DNA of 64,000 bases from NCBI GenBank assembly GCA_963847255.1, contig CAWJYW010000021.1, forward strand, positions 90,319-154,318. The letters run 5' to 3'. Of the stretch, positions 40,711-55,065 are shown piece after piece. The DNA is from an uncultured Gaiellaceae bacterium (GTDB taxonomy: Bacteria; Actinomycetota; Thermoleophilia; Gaiellales; Gaiellaceae). A program made the position numbers and the translations under genes. Each line of letters starts with the position of its first letter. Within the stretch, counting starts at the first letter, position 1. Under the pieces are notes generated by a model. It made no database searches. It worked only from the letters and a program-made list of their open reading frames with translations, and was not told the DNA's origin.

Positions 40711-42231
40711 CTACATGGTGTCTGGCGCCTCGACGCCGATCAAGTCCAGCGATCGGGCGATCACGGACTTCGTCGCGGTGACGAGGCCGAGCCGGAACGC
40801 CTGCTCGTCCGAGCCGAGCACCTTGTGTTGCGTGTAGAAGCGGTGGAAGTCGTCCGCGACGCGGATCGCGTAGGTCGGGATCGCGTGCGGGCCTCGACGC
40901 TCGGTCGCCTCGGCGACGACGCCGGGGAACTCGGCCAGCCGCTTGATCAGGTCGCGTTCCTCGGGCGCCAGCGTCGGCCGGCGGGTCCGACGACGGCGCC
41001 GCTCCGTCGGAGTTCCGGAGGATCCCGGCGATTCGCGCGTGGGCGTACTGGACGTAGTAGACCGGGTTCTTGGCCGACTTCTCGGCCGCCAGGTCGACGT
41101 CGATCTCGATCGTCTGGTCCGGGCCGCGCGAGACGAGGTACCAGCGCGCCGCGTCGACGCCGACCTCGTCGAGGAGCTCGTCGAGGAAGACGACGTCGCC
41201 GCGGCGCTTCGACATCTTCGCGGCCTGCGCCGCCGCGGGTCAGGTGGACGAGCTGGTAGAGCAGGACCTCGACGCGATCAGGGTCGTAGCCGAGCATCCG
41301 CGCCACCGCCGCGTACCAGTTGCGGGTGCCGTGATGGTCGGCGCCGAGGACGTAGATCGCGCGGTCGAGGCCGCGGTCGAGCTTGTCGGCGAGGTAGACG
41401 ACATCCGCGGCGCGGTAGGTCGGCGTGCCCGTCTCGGAGCGGATCAGCACCCGGTCGTCCTCGTCGCCGTGCGCCGACGAGCGCGCCCAGACGGCCCCGT
41501 CCTTCTCGTACGTGTCCAGCCGCGGCAGGTACTCGGAGAGCCGCTTCTCGAGCTCGCTCTGCTTCGCCCAGGAGTCGAAGTGGATCCGGAAGCGCTCCAG
41601 CGTCTGCTCGATCCGCTGCAGCATCTGCGGGACCGGGTCGTCGGGCAGCGTCGCGAGCTCGGCGACGTAGTCGCCCTGGTAGCCGTCCGCCGGTGGCTCC
41701 TCCCCGCGCCGGCGGGCTTCGACCGACGCGCGGAAGAGGTCCATCTGCGCGCCGGCGTCGTTGTAGTAGTACTCGCGCTCGACGTCGTGCCCGGCGAACT
41801 CGAGCAGCCGCGCGACCGAGTCGCCGTAGGCGCCGTTGCGCGCGGCGGCAACGGTGATCGGGCCGGTCGGGTTCGCGGAGACCATCTCGACCTGCACCTT
41901 CTCCCTGGCCGCCGCCGAGGCGCCGCCGTAGTCCTTGCCGGCCGCGAGGATCTCGGCGAGCGCGTCGCGGTACCACGCGGGCGTGAGCCAGAGATTGACG
42001 AAGCCGGGGCCGGCGATCTCGGCCCGGTCGACGTCGGGCAGCGCCGCGGCGAGCTCGACGAGCTCCTCGGCGATCGCGCGCGGCGGCTTGCTTGCGCGCG
42101 CCCGCGAGGCGCATCGCGGCGTTGGTCGCGTAGTCGCCGTGCGTCGGGTCGCCCGGACGCTCGAGCACGATCTCTGCGCCCGCTGCCTCGCCGAGCGCCG
42201 CCTCGACGCGCTCGATCGCCTCAGCGGGCAT
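40711..42231 (-). CDS. argS: arginine--tRNA ligase, frameshifts
   Basis: The N-terminus is MPAEAIERVEAALGEAAGAEIVLERPGDPTHGDYATN. The middle is VSANPTGPITVAAARNGAYGDS (HIGH-region equivalent). The C-terminus is RGDVVFLDELLDEVGVDAARWYL...KNPVYYVQYAHARI. Confidence 0.9.
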
Positions 42232-42262
42232 GGCTCTCCTCCAGAGTCGTCACGCCGTTATC

Positions 42263-42573
42263 GTACGGGCGTGGACGAGGACGACCCCGCTCAGGAGCGC
42301 CAGCTCAACATCCAGATCGCCGAGGAGCATCTCTCGGGGGTGTACGCGAACTTCGCGAACATCTCCTTCTCCGACTACGAGTTCACGCTCACGTTCGCCC
42401 GCATCGACCACGAGGTGTCGGAGGGCGACATTCCCGGGATGGTCGTCGCCCGCGTGAACATGTCGACGAAGTTCGCGAAGGAGTTGCTCGACGCGATGCA
42501 GGACTCCTGGTCGAAGTACGCGACCGTCCGCGGGATCCAGGATCTCCCCGAAGCCCCGCCGCGGAATTCGTAG
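42263..42573 (+). CDS. DUF3467 domain protein
   Basis: It reads QLNIQIAEEHLSGVYANFANISFSDYEFTLTFARIDHEV...VVARVNMSTKFAKELLDAMQDSWSKY. Confidence 0.55.
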
Positions 42574-42582
42574 CCCGCGTCG

Positions 42583-43311
42583 TTGAGAATCGCCGTCGTC
42601 TCGGACGTCCACGCGAACCTGCACGCGCTCGAAGCGGTGCTCGCGGAGGTGGACAAGAACGGTTTCGACGAGATCTGGTGCCTCGGCGACATCGTCGGCT
42701 ACGGGCCGAAGCCGAACGAGTGCGTCGCGCTGCTGCAGGCGCGGACCTCGATCTGCCTCGCCGGCAACCACGATCTGGTCGTGCTCGGGAAGATCTCGCT
42801 CGCGACGTTCGGCGGCGAGGCGGGCGCGGCGGCGGCGTGGACGCGCGAGGTGCTGGACGCGCCGGCACGCGCGTTCCTGACCACGCTCGCCCCGAGCGCC
42901 GTCACGACCGGCGCGGAGCTCTTCCACGGCAGCCCGCGCGACCCGGTGTGGGACTACGTGCTCACCGAGGACGCGGCACGGTGGACCTTCGCCGCCACCA
43001 CCGCTCCGCTCGTCCTCGTCGGCCACAGCCACATCGCGCTCGAGCTCGCCGGAGACGGCACCGAGGTCCGAGGCGGCCAGGCGGCCGCGGGCACGACGCT
43101 CGACCTCGCCGCCGCGCGGCGGCTCCTCAACCCCGGCTCGGTCGGCCAGCCCCGCGACGGCGATCCCCGCGCCGCGTGGCTCGAGGTTGACATCTCGTCG
43201 GGACGGGCAACCTTCCGCCGTACCGACTATCCGGTCGAGCGGACGCAGTCCGAGATGCGCGAGCTGGGCCTCCCCGAGGTACTGGCAGCGCGGCTCGAGC
43301 ACGGCATCTAG
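42583..43311 (+). CDS. metallophosphoesterase (calcineurin-like, YfcE/MJ0936 family)
   Basis: It reads RIAVVSDVHANLHALEAVL...CLGDIVGYG...AGNHD...VGHSH. The ORF is intact with a TTG start. Confidence 0.8.
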   Translation: MRIAVVSDVHANLHALEAVLAEVDKNGFDEIWCLGDIVGYGPKPNECVALLQARTSICLAGNHDLVVLGKISLATFGGEAGAAAAWTREVLDAPARAFLTTLAPSAVTTGAELFHGSPRDPVWDYVLTEDAARWTFAATTAPLVLVGHSHIALELAGDGTEVRGGQAAAGTTLDLAAARRLLNPGSVGQPRDGDPRAAWLEVDISSGRATFRRTDYPVERTQSEMRELGLPEVLAARLEHGI

Positions 43312-43337
43312 CTCGACCCCGAGGAAATGGGGCGAAC

Positions 43338-43826
43338 ATGGCTGAACTGACGAACATGGAAACAAAGCTGGGCGAGGTGATCGGCCTTGCGATGGCCGCG
43401 CAGGCGGCGACCGAGCGCGTCGAGGGGCTGACGGACGACAAGGCGCTCGCGAAGGCGCTCAAGCAGATGCGCAAGGAGGCCGCGCAGGCGGAGAAGGACG
43501 GCACGGCCGTTGCCGCCTCCCTCAACGGCAAGAAGAGCAAGATCCTCGCCGAAGCCCGGACGGTCAAGACCAAGGGCGCGACGATGATGAAGACCTACCT
43601 CGAGCGCGGCTCGGACGATCTCGACGGGTTCGAGTTCCTGACGATGGCCGAGGCGGGCGAGGTCGGCCACTGGTCGGTGCTGCAGGAGCTGAACAAGCAG
43701 GCCAGGCATCCGGGCGTGCGCAAGCTGGTCAGCACGCATCTCCCGATCCAGAAGCGCCATCTCAAGGAAGTGATGTCCGCGAGCGTGAAGCTGGCGGCCA
43801 AGGAGGACGCGAACGCCGCGGCGTAG
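43338..43826 (+). CDS. hypothetical helical protein (possibly ferritin-like/DUF892-related)
   Basis: The 162 aa intact ORF is coiled-coil-like (KALAKALKQMRKEAAQAEKDG). The assignment is not secure. Confidence 0.35.
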   Translation: MAELTNMETKLGEVIGLAMAAQAATERVEGLTDDKALAKALKQMRKEAAQAEKDGTAVAASLNGKKSKILAEARTVKTKGATMMKTYLERGSDDLDGFEFLTMAEAGEVGHWSVLQELNKQARHPGVRKLVSTHLPIQKRHLKEVMSASVKLAAKEDANAAA

Positions 43827-43853
43827 CGTCGGAGGAACTGCCGGGCCGGTGCT

Positions 43854-44444
43854 CTAGATGAGTGCCGGCTCGGCCGGTGCTTCGCCCGTGGTGGCGAACG
43901 TGATGCCCTCGCGGGCGAGCGCCACCTGGACTTCCTCGCGCGCCTTGTAGATCCGCCACTTGACGGTGGCGAGCGTCACTTCGAGCGAGTCGGCGATCTC
44001 GGTGTAGGAGAGCCCGACGACGTCCCGGAGGAGGAGCGCCATCTTCAGGTCGACGCTCAGCTGCTCGACCGCGCGCCAGACCGCGTCGATCGCCTCGATC
44101 CGCTCGAACGGCGCGTCGACGACCTCGAGCGGCGGGATGTCCTCGAGGTTCACGACCGCGCGCGGCCGACGCTCGAGGGCGCGCAGCTCGTCGAGCACGC
44201 GGTTCTTCGTCACCTGGAAGAGCCACGTCGTGAAGCGGCAGCGGAGCGAGAAGCTCGGCAGGCCCTGGTAGACGCGGAGGAAGACCTCCTGCGTCAGATC
44301 TTCTGCGAGCGAACGATCGCCGACGAGCCGAAGCACGTAGTTGTAGACGGGAAGCTCATACGCACGGACGATGAGCGAGAAAGCTCGCTCATCTCCTCGC
44401 TGGGCCTTCCGCAGGACGCCGAGATCAGGCTGGGGCAGCGACAA
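43854..44444 (-). CDS. ECF-subfamily RNA polymerase sigma-70 factor
   Basis: Region 2 is YELPVYNYVLRLVGDRSLAEDLTQEVFLRVYQGL and region 4 is LSYTEIADSLEVTLATVKWRIYKAR. The ORF is intact, and no adjacent anti-sigma gene is evident. Confidence 0.9.
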   Translation of the reverse strand: MSLPQPDLGVLRKAQRGDERAFSLIVRAYELPVYNYVLRLVGDRSLAEDLTQEVFLRVYQGLPSFSLRCRFTTWLFQVTKNRVLDELRALERRPRAVVNLEDIPPLEVVDAPFERIEAIDAVWRAVEQLSVDLKMALLLRDVVGLSYTEIADSLEVTLATVKWRIYKAREEVQVALAREGITFATTGEAPAEPALI

Positions 44445-44471
44445 GTGGGCGGGAGTATAGCGCCGAGATTC

Positions 44472-45976
44472 TCAAATGGAAGGTCCCGATTTCGCCGTAG
44501 CGCACAAGTCGCCTCCCGTCATCTCGGACGGTGTGTCCAAACCCAGGAGCCGCAGGGCCGTAGGGGCTAGATCGGAGAGTTCACCCCCTTCCTTGAGCCC
44601 CACTTCACTCGAGGTGACGTGAGGATGAGCGGCACGGGATTCGTCGTGTGGGCGGTGAACGGGCTGACGCCGTCCGGCTCGAGCATCGTTTCGGCGTTGC
44701 CGTGGTCGGCCGTGACGAGGCACACACCGCCGGCTGCCCGGGTCGCCTCGACGACGACGCCGAGGCACTCGTCCGTCACCTCGACGGCTTTCGTCACGGC
44801 CGGGATCGAGCCCGTGTGGCCGACCATGTCCGGGTTCGCGAAGTTGATCACCGCGAAGCGGTAGCCGTCGCCGATCTCGGCGGCGAAGCGGGCGGCGACC
44901 TCGCGGGCCGACATCTCCGGCTTGTGGTCGTAGCTCGGCACGTCGCGCGGGCTCGGGACGAGGATGCGGGTCTCGCCGGGCCACTCGTCCTCGACGCCGC
45001 CGTTGAAGAAGTACGTGACGTGCGCGTACTTCTCGGTCTCCGCGACGTGGAGCTGGCGAGCTCCTGCGGCGGCGAGCGTCTCCGCCAGCGTCCACCGGAC
45101 CACCTGCTCGCCGAACGCGACCGGCACGTCGAACTCGGACGAGTAGCTCGTCATCGTCGTCACGTCGAACCCTTCGTCGACGAGCTTGGCCGCGAGCTGG
45201 CGGCCCCGGTCGGGGCGGAAGTTGAAGAGGATCGCCGCATCGTCCGGTCCGAGGGCGGGACGGCCGTCGACGACGATCGGCTCGAGGAACTCGTCGGTCA
45301 CGCCTGCGTCGTAGCTCGCTTGCACATTGCGCAACAAGCTTTGTGCCGGCACATGTGTACCCATGTGCCGGGTGATCGCGTCGAACGCTCTTTGCGTACG
45401 TTCGACGCGCTTGTCGCGGTCCATCGCCCAGTAGCGCCCGACGACCGTCGCGAGCCGTTCGAGCGGCAGCTCAGCGAGATCGGACACGGCCGACGTCGGC
45501 GAGACATCGCGCCCGTCGGTGAAGGCGTCGATCCAGGTGCGCTCCTCCATCCCGAGTCTGCGTGCGAGCTCGAGGAGCGCTTGCAGGTGGTCGATGTGCG
45601 AGTGGACACCTCCATGCGAGACCAGCCCGAGCAGGTGCACGTCTCCGCCACGCTCGCGCGCCCGCTCGAAGGCGCCGATGAGCGCCGGGTTCTCGAAGAG
45701 CGAGCCGTCGCGGATCGCGACGTTCACGCGCTGGAGATCCTGGAAGAGGATCCGGCCCGAGCCGATCGTGAGATGGCCGACCTCGGAGTTGCCCATCTGG
45801 CCCTCGGGCAACCCGACCGCCTCGCCCGAGGCCTTCAGCGTCGTGTGCGGGAACTCGCGCCAGAGCCGATCGAAGACCGGCGTCCGCGCGAGCTCGACCG
45901 CGTTGCCTGGCCCCGCCGGCGCGCAGCCCCAGCCGTCGAGGATGACGAGCGTTACGAGGTCGATGCTGCCCGGCAA
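44472..45976 (-). CDS. gpmI: 2,3-bisphosphoglycerate-independent phosphoglycerate mutase, frameshifts
   Basis: It reads LVTLVILDGWG...NSEVGHLTIGSGR...GLVSHGGVHSH...ADHGNAE. It has a TTG start and overlaps the tpiA 3' end by about 25 nt. Confidence 0.85.
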
Positions 45977-46653
45977 ATCGCTGCGAAGGAGTCGGGGTCG
46001 AGCGAGGCGCCGCCGACGAGGGCACCGTCGACGGACGGCTGCGACAAGAGCTCGGCGGCGTTCTCCGGCTTGACCGAGCCGCCGTAGAGCACCGGCCGGT
46101 CGAGCAGCCCCTTGATGAACGCGTGCGCCTCCTCCGCCATCTCCGGCGTCGCGGTCTTGCCGGTGCCGATCGCCCAGACCGGCTCGTAGGCGATCACGAG
46201 CCGTTCGTGCGCTCCGGCCGCGAAGGCGATCGCCTCGACCTGGATCTTGAGCACGAGCTCCATGTCCCCGGACTCGCGCTGCTCGAGCGTCTCGCCGACG
46301 CACGCGATCACGCCGAGCCCTGCCTCGAGCGCGGTCCGTGCGCGGCGCGCGACCATCTCGTCGCTCTCGCCGAAGAGCTGCCGCCGCTCCGAGTGACCGA
46401 CGAGCGCACCCTGCACCCCGAGCTCCAGGAGCATCTCGGGCGAGACCTCGCCGGTGTAGGGGCCGCTCGGTTCCCAGTGCACGTTCTGGGCATAGATCGT
46501 CTGCCCGGTCTCGACGGCCGCGCCCAGGGAGACATACGGCGGGCAGAAGACGACGTCGACGCCGTCCGGCGCCTCGAAGTCGGTGAAGAAGGCGCGCGCC
46601 TCGACCGGGCCTTTGAACATCTTCCAGTTGCCTGCGATCAGCATCTGCGTCAA
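45950..46653 (-). CDS. tpiA: triosephosphate isomerase
   Basis: It reads MTQMLIAGNWKMFKG...ALVGHSERRQLFGESDE...IAYEPVWAIGTGKTAT...GGSVKPENAAEL. The ORF is intact. Confidence 0.9.
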
Positions 46654-47704
46654 TTCTCCGGGATCGCAGCAACCGGTATCGCCGACCCGGGAGCTCCTTG
46701 CCCTCGAGCAGCTCCAGCGACGCGCCGCCGCCGGTCGAGACCCACGAGATCTGCTCGTCGAGACCGAGCTCGTTCACCGCGCGGACGGAGTCGCCGCCGC
46801 CGACGACCGTGTAGCCCTCGACCGAGGCGACGGCCTGCGCGACGACCTTCGTCCCCTCGGCGAACTGCTCCCACTCGAAGACACCCATCGGGCCGTTCCA
46901 GAACACCGTCTTCGCAGCGCGGATCCGGCGGGCGAAGTCGGCGCGCGAGTCCGGACCGATGTCGAGCCCGAGCCAGCCCGCCGGAAGCGCGTCGAACGGC
47001 GACACCTGAGTCTCCGCGTCGGCCTCGAACGCGCTCGCCGCGACGACATCGGTCGGGAGCACGACCGGGAACGGAAGCGGGTTCTCGTCTCGCAGCTCCT
47101 CGGCCATCTTGCCGCCGACGAGCACCTCGTCCGCGCGGCCGCCGAGGTTCTTCAGCACTCCCAGCTTGTCCTCCACCTTGGCGCCGCCGGTGACGAGCAG
47201 GAAAGGCCGCTCGACCTCGCCGAGCAGGCGTCCGAGGTGCTCGAGCTCTGCGAGCAGAAGGAGACCCGCGTAGGCCGGCAGGAGCTGCGCGACCCCGACC
47301 GTCGAGGCGTGCGCACGGTGGGCCGAGCCGAACGCGTCGTTGACGAAGAGGTCGCACCCTTGCGCAAGCTCGCGCGCGAACTCGGGGTCGTTCTTCGTCT
47401 CGCCGGGGTGGAAGCGGGTGTTCTCGAGCACCTCGATCCGCTCGTCCGGAAGGAGCGAGCGCAGGTGCTCGCGCACGGGCTCGATCCGGAACGCGGGATC
47501 CTCGCCCTTCGGCCGGCCGAGGTGCGAGCAGACGCGGATCCTGCTCGCGTCGCGCTCGAGCAGCAACTCCAGCGTCGGCAGGGCGGCACGGATGCGCGTG
47601 TCGTCGGCGACCTTGCCGTCCTCGAGCGGGACGTTCAGGTCCGCTCGCACGAGCACGACCTTGCCTTCGACGTCCGCGTCGCGGACGGAGCGCGGCAGCC
47701 TCAT
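46650..47704 (-). CDS. pgk: phosphoglycerate kinase; 3' end frameshifted
   Basis: It reads VEGKVVLVRADLNVPL...CSHLGRPKG...FVNDAFGSAHRAHAST...VSTGGGASLELLEGKELPG. Confidence 0.85.
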
Positions 47705-48069
47705 TCGGACGCGGGGAGCTCCTGGAAGAGCTCGAGCAGATTGCCCGACGGGTCGCGGATGTAGGCGACGCGGCCGCCCCACTCCGGCTGGTCCTGCGGG
47801 GCCTGCACGACGTACTCACGCAGGCGCTCGACCGCCGCGTCGACGTCGTCGACCTCCAGCACGGTGAGGGTCGAGTCCCCGGGCTCGCGCAGATCGACAA
47901 CCTCACCCTGCCCGGACCGCACGAAGATCGCGATCGAGCCTCCGTCCGTGGCGAACGACGCGTAGCCGCTCGACTCGTCGCCGAAGCCGGCTCCGAGCCC
48001 CAGCTCGTCGCGGTAGAAGCGGAACGCGGCGCCGAAGTCGTCGACGAGCAGTCTCACCTGCGAGAACTT

Positions 48070-48072
<3 letters not shown>
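47701..48072 (-). CDS. VOC/glyoxalase-family protein embedded in glycolytic operon
   Basis: The 123 aa protein reads MKFSQVRLLVDDFGAAFRFYRDELGLG...VAYIRDPSGNLLELFQELPASE. Its start overlaps the gap stop (TGATG) and its stop overlaps the pgk start (ATGA). Confidence 0.7.
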
Positions 48073-50603
<2,531 letters not shown>

Positions 50604-50779
50604 CGACCGCAACCGTACAGCGCCGGGCAATCCGACCGGCGGCACCGTCGGGTGAGCGCAAGCCTCAGACGCGGATCGGCTGCGTCAGTCGAACCCGGGA
50701 GCGAAGCGACCCTTCAGGGGTCTTGGCGCGGATCGGGATCTGCTTCCGCAGATCCCGATCCTGGTTGCGCCCCAAAAAG

Positions 50780-50824
50780 AACAGGCGGGCAGGAGGGGGA
50801 GCTCCGAGGACGACCTCCCCCTCC
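50780..50824 (-). terminator. candidate whiA terminator: 10-bp perfect GC hairpin followed (after 10 nt) by UUCUUUUU
   Basis: GGAGGGGGAG-n14-CTCCCCCTCC lies at 50792..50824. On the minus strand it is followed by tgcccgcctg, then TTCTTTTTGGG. Confidence 0.3.
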
Positions 50825-50922
50825 ACGTGCCGTGCTCTGGTGCCAACGACGGACGGGGTCTGAATCCGCCGACGGACGAGCACGGACCCGCCACGTCAAG
50901 ACTAGGACAATTCGCCGTTTTA

Positions 50923-50936
50923 GTCACGCGCGTGAC
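50923..50936. promoter_or_regulatory. perfect 14-bp palindrome GTCACGCGCGTGAC (operator-like)
   Basis: It lies about 20 nt downstream of the whiA stop, within the 350 bp whiA-M32/gap intergenic region, and is flanked by CACGTG. Confidence 0.35.
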
Positions 50937-50955
50937 ACGTGGGAAATGGCGTGCT

Positions 50956-51877
50956 TCAGCGGGTTGCAAGCTCCTGGAGTTTTCGGAGCCGGCGGTGCGC
51001 GGATGCTTTCGTCGTCGGCGGCTCGCAGCGTGCCGCCAACTCGCGCAGGGGCAGGGTCGGGTGCCGGAGGCGAAGCCGCGCGATCTCGTGCAGGCGGTCC
51101 GGCAGCCGCTCGAGCGTGCCTGCCGCCTGGAGAGAGCGCACCGCCTCGAGCTGTTCGTGCGCAGCGCGGCTCGTGCGGACGAGATTGGCGTGATCGGCGT
51201 TTGCCAGCCGGTTCGCTTCGCTGCGAGCAGCCGCGATGACCGAGCGCTCCTCGAAAGCGAGAACCGTGTCTCCCGCTCCGGCGGCGCTCAGCACCGCTTC
51301 GATCGAGTCGAGCCCCTTCGCGTAGGCAACGGCGTGGCGGCCGCGGTCGAGGACGCTCAGCTGCGCCTCGCCGGCAGCCGCGACCGCGCGCAGGAACTCG
51401 GCACCCTCCAGCGAGGTCGTCCGCAGCTCGAGATGCGGCCTCTTCGGCCCGGAGAGCGAGCCGCCGCCGAGGAGGGCTCCGCGAAGGTAGGCGCCGCGGC
51501 AGCAGGCACGGCCGACGACTCGCTTCGGCGGTCGCTCGACCGGGCGCGTGGCGGGCATCGAGGACTCCCGCCTCCACGAGCAGCGCCAGCGCGGGCTCGT
51601 CCCCGGTGACGTGCAGCTGGTAGCGGGTTGCGCGGTCGAACGAGCGGCGGCTGTAGGTGCGGATCTCGGAGTGGATCCCGAGCTCGCGCAGGAGCGAGAA
51701 ACCGCGGCGGGCGATCGCTGCCGTGGCCAGGTCGAGATGAAGCGAGATCTCACCGCGGCCGCGCAGATGGATGCTTCCGGCCGAGTGGAAGAGCGCCGAG
51801 ATCTCCGCCAGGCGGCAGCACCCGCGCTTCGGCGCGATCGCCGCGAGCTCCGACCGGAGGTCGTCGGAGAGGGTCAC
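50956..51877 (-). CDS. whiA: sporulation/cell-division transcription regulator WhiA, frameshift
   Basis: The N-terminus is VTLSDDLRSELAAIAPKRGCCRLAEISALFHSAGSIHLRGRGEISLHLDLATAAIARRGFSLLRELGIH. The C-terminus is GAYLRGALLGGGSLSGPKRPHLELR...LANADHANLVRTSRAA...HPTLPLRELAARCEPPTTKASAHRRLRKLQELA, which carries the HTH. Confidence 0.85.
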
Positions 51878-52435
51878 TGGGTCCACCCCTCGAGGCGGAG
51901 CAGCCGGCGCTTGTACTCGACCCCGAGCGAGCCGTAGCCGCCGATCCCGGCCGCGGCGACGACGCGGTGACACGGGACGAAGAGCGAGAAGCGGTTCTCG
52001 GCGCAGAACGTCCCGGCAGCGCGCGCCGCCCGCTGCCGGCCGGCGAGAGCCGAGAGCTCGCCGTAGCTGATCGACCTCGCCCCACGGGACGTTCCGGAGC
52101 GTCCGGGCGAGCGCTTCCTGGAACGGTGTCGCCCAGTCGCTGTCCAGCGGCACGTCCGCAAACGAGACGCGCTCGCCCCTGAAGTAGCTGTGGATGGATT
52201 GGAGCAGTTCGGCCACGAACCCGTCACCGTCCCGTAACGACTCTCCCGATAGCGTTTCAGTAGGGACACCCGGGGTGCCCCTGGGGGCGGTTTGGGGTGT
52301 GTTCTGGGACAGGGCGCCGTGCAGCCGGACGCCGGGGGTCGGCGGGTCGTGCGCGACCACCACGTGACCGTCGCCGATCCACAGCTCCCCGACTCCCCAG
52401 CCCTCGACCTCGTAGGGATGCCGCGTCACGCGCAT
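51874..52435 (-). CDS. methylated-DNA--protein-cysteine methyltransferase family protein (Ogt/MGMT-like), frameshift
   Basis: The C-terminal DNA-binding domain is ISYGELSALAGRQRAARAAGTFCAENRFSLFVPCHRVV with the PCHRV active site. The N-terminal domain lies in another frame. GTGA overlap with the whiA start. Confidence 0.7.
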
Positions 52436-52458
52436 CGACCCGACTCTACAATCGCGCC

Positions 52459-54105
<1,647 letters not shown>

Positions 54106-54122
54106 CGCAGTAGCCTGCATGC

Positions 54123-55062
54123 GTGGGCGACGTCCTCCACGCGATCCGGGTCTTCTTCGAGATCCTCGCCGCAGTCAAGTTCAGCGCGCTCGGTCTGGCG
54201 ATCTCCTGCCACGTGCTGAAGACGATGTGCACGAGCCGCGCGTGGCGGAACACGATCGCCGCCGCGTATCCCGAGGAGGAAGTGCGCTGGCGCTCGATCT
54301 ACGCCGCCTACCTCGCCGGCGTCGGCGTCAACGCGATCATCCCGGCCCGCGCCGGCGACGCCGTCCGGCTCTACATCGCGCACCGCACCGTGCCCGCCAG
54401 CACCTACATCACGCTCGCCGCGACGCTGCTCGTCCTCTCCATCTTCGACACGGCGATGGCGCTGCTGATCTTCGCCTACGCGCTCACGCTCGGCGTTCTC
54501 CCCGGCGTCGGCTCGCTCGGCAGCCTCCCCGGCTTCGACTTCGGCTTCTTCGTCTCGAACCCCGAGTTCTCGGCCGTGCTCCTGATCGTGCTGGTGATCT
54601 TCGGGACGATCGGGTTCTTCTGGGTGCGGATCCACATCGACGAGTTCAAGGCAGCGCGTCGGCCAGGGCTTCGCGGTCCTCCGCGACCGCACCGAGTACC
54701 TCCAGCACGTCGCGGTGTGGCAGGCCGGCGACTGGTCGTCTTCGCTTCGTCGCGATCTGGTTCTTCCTCGACGCGTTCGGGATCCACCAGTCGATCCGGA
54801 ACGTGCTCCTCGTGCAGGTGACGCAGAGCCTGGCCACGCTCGTGCCCATCTCCCCCGGCGGCATCGGCACCGAGCAGGCGTTCATCGTCTACGTCTTCAA
54901 GGGATCGGTCTCGACCGCGACGCTGCTCGTCGTTCTCGGTCGGGCATGAAGCTGACGTTGATCGTCACGAACGTGATCCTCGGCTTCACGGCGCTCTTCC
55001 TCATGCTCGGCCACACCGACTGGCGGTCCATCGCCGGGAAGAAACCCGCGCCGGAGTCCTGA
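54123..55062 (+). CDS. UPF0104 / lysylphosphatidylglycerol-synthase-TM-like flippase-domain membrane protein, frameshifts
   Basis: It has multiple TM helices (ARAGDAVRLYIAHRT, GGIGTEQAFIVYVF...). Its C-terminal helix reads MKLTLIVTNVILGFTALFLML. Confidence 0.5.
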
Positions 55063-55065
55063 GCC

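Noticed and set aside
44567-47782. 1071-aa single ORF suggesting a giant Pgk-GpmI fusion protein
   Set aside because: The middle third is an out-of-frame read across tpiA, which is intact in another frame (45950..46653). The apparent fusion results from frameshifts removing the pgk stop. The separate genes pgk, tpiA and gpmI are the parsimonious reading.
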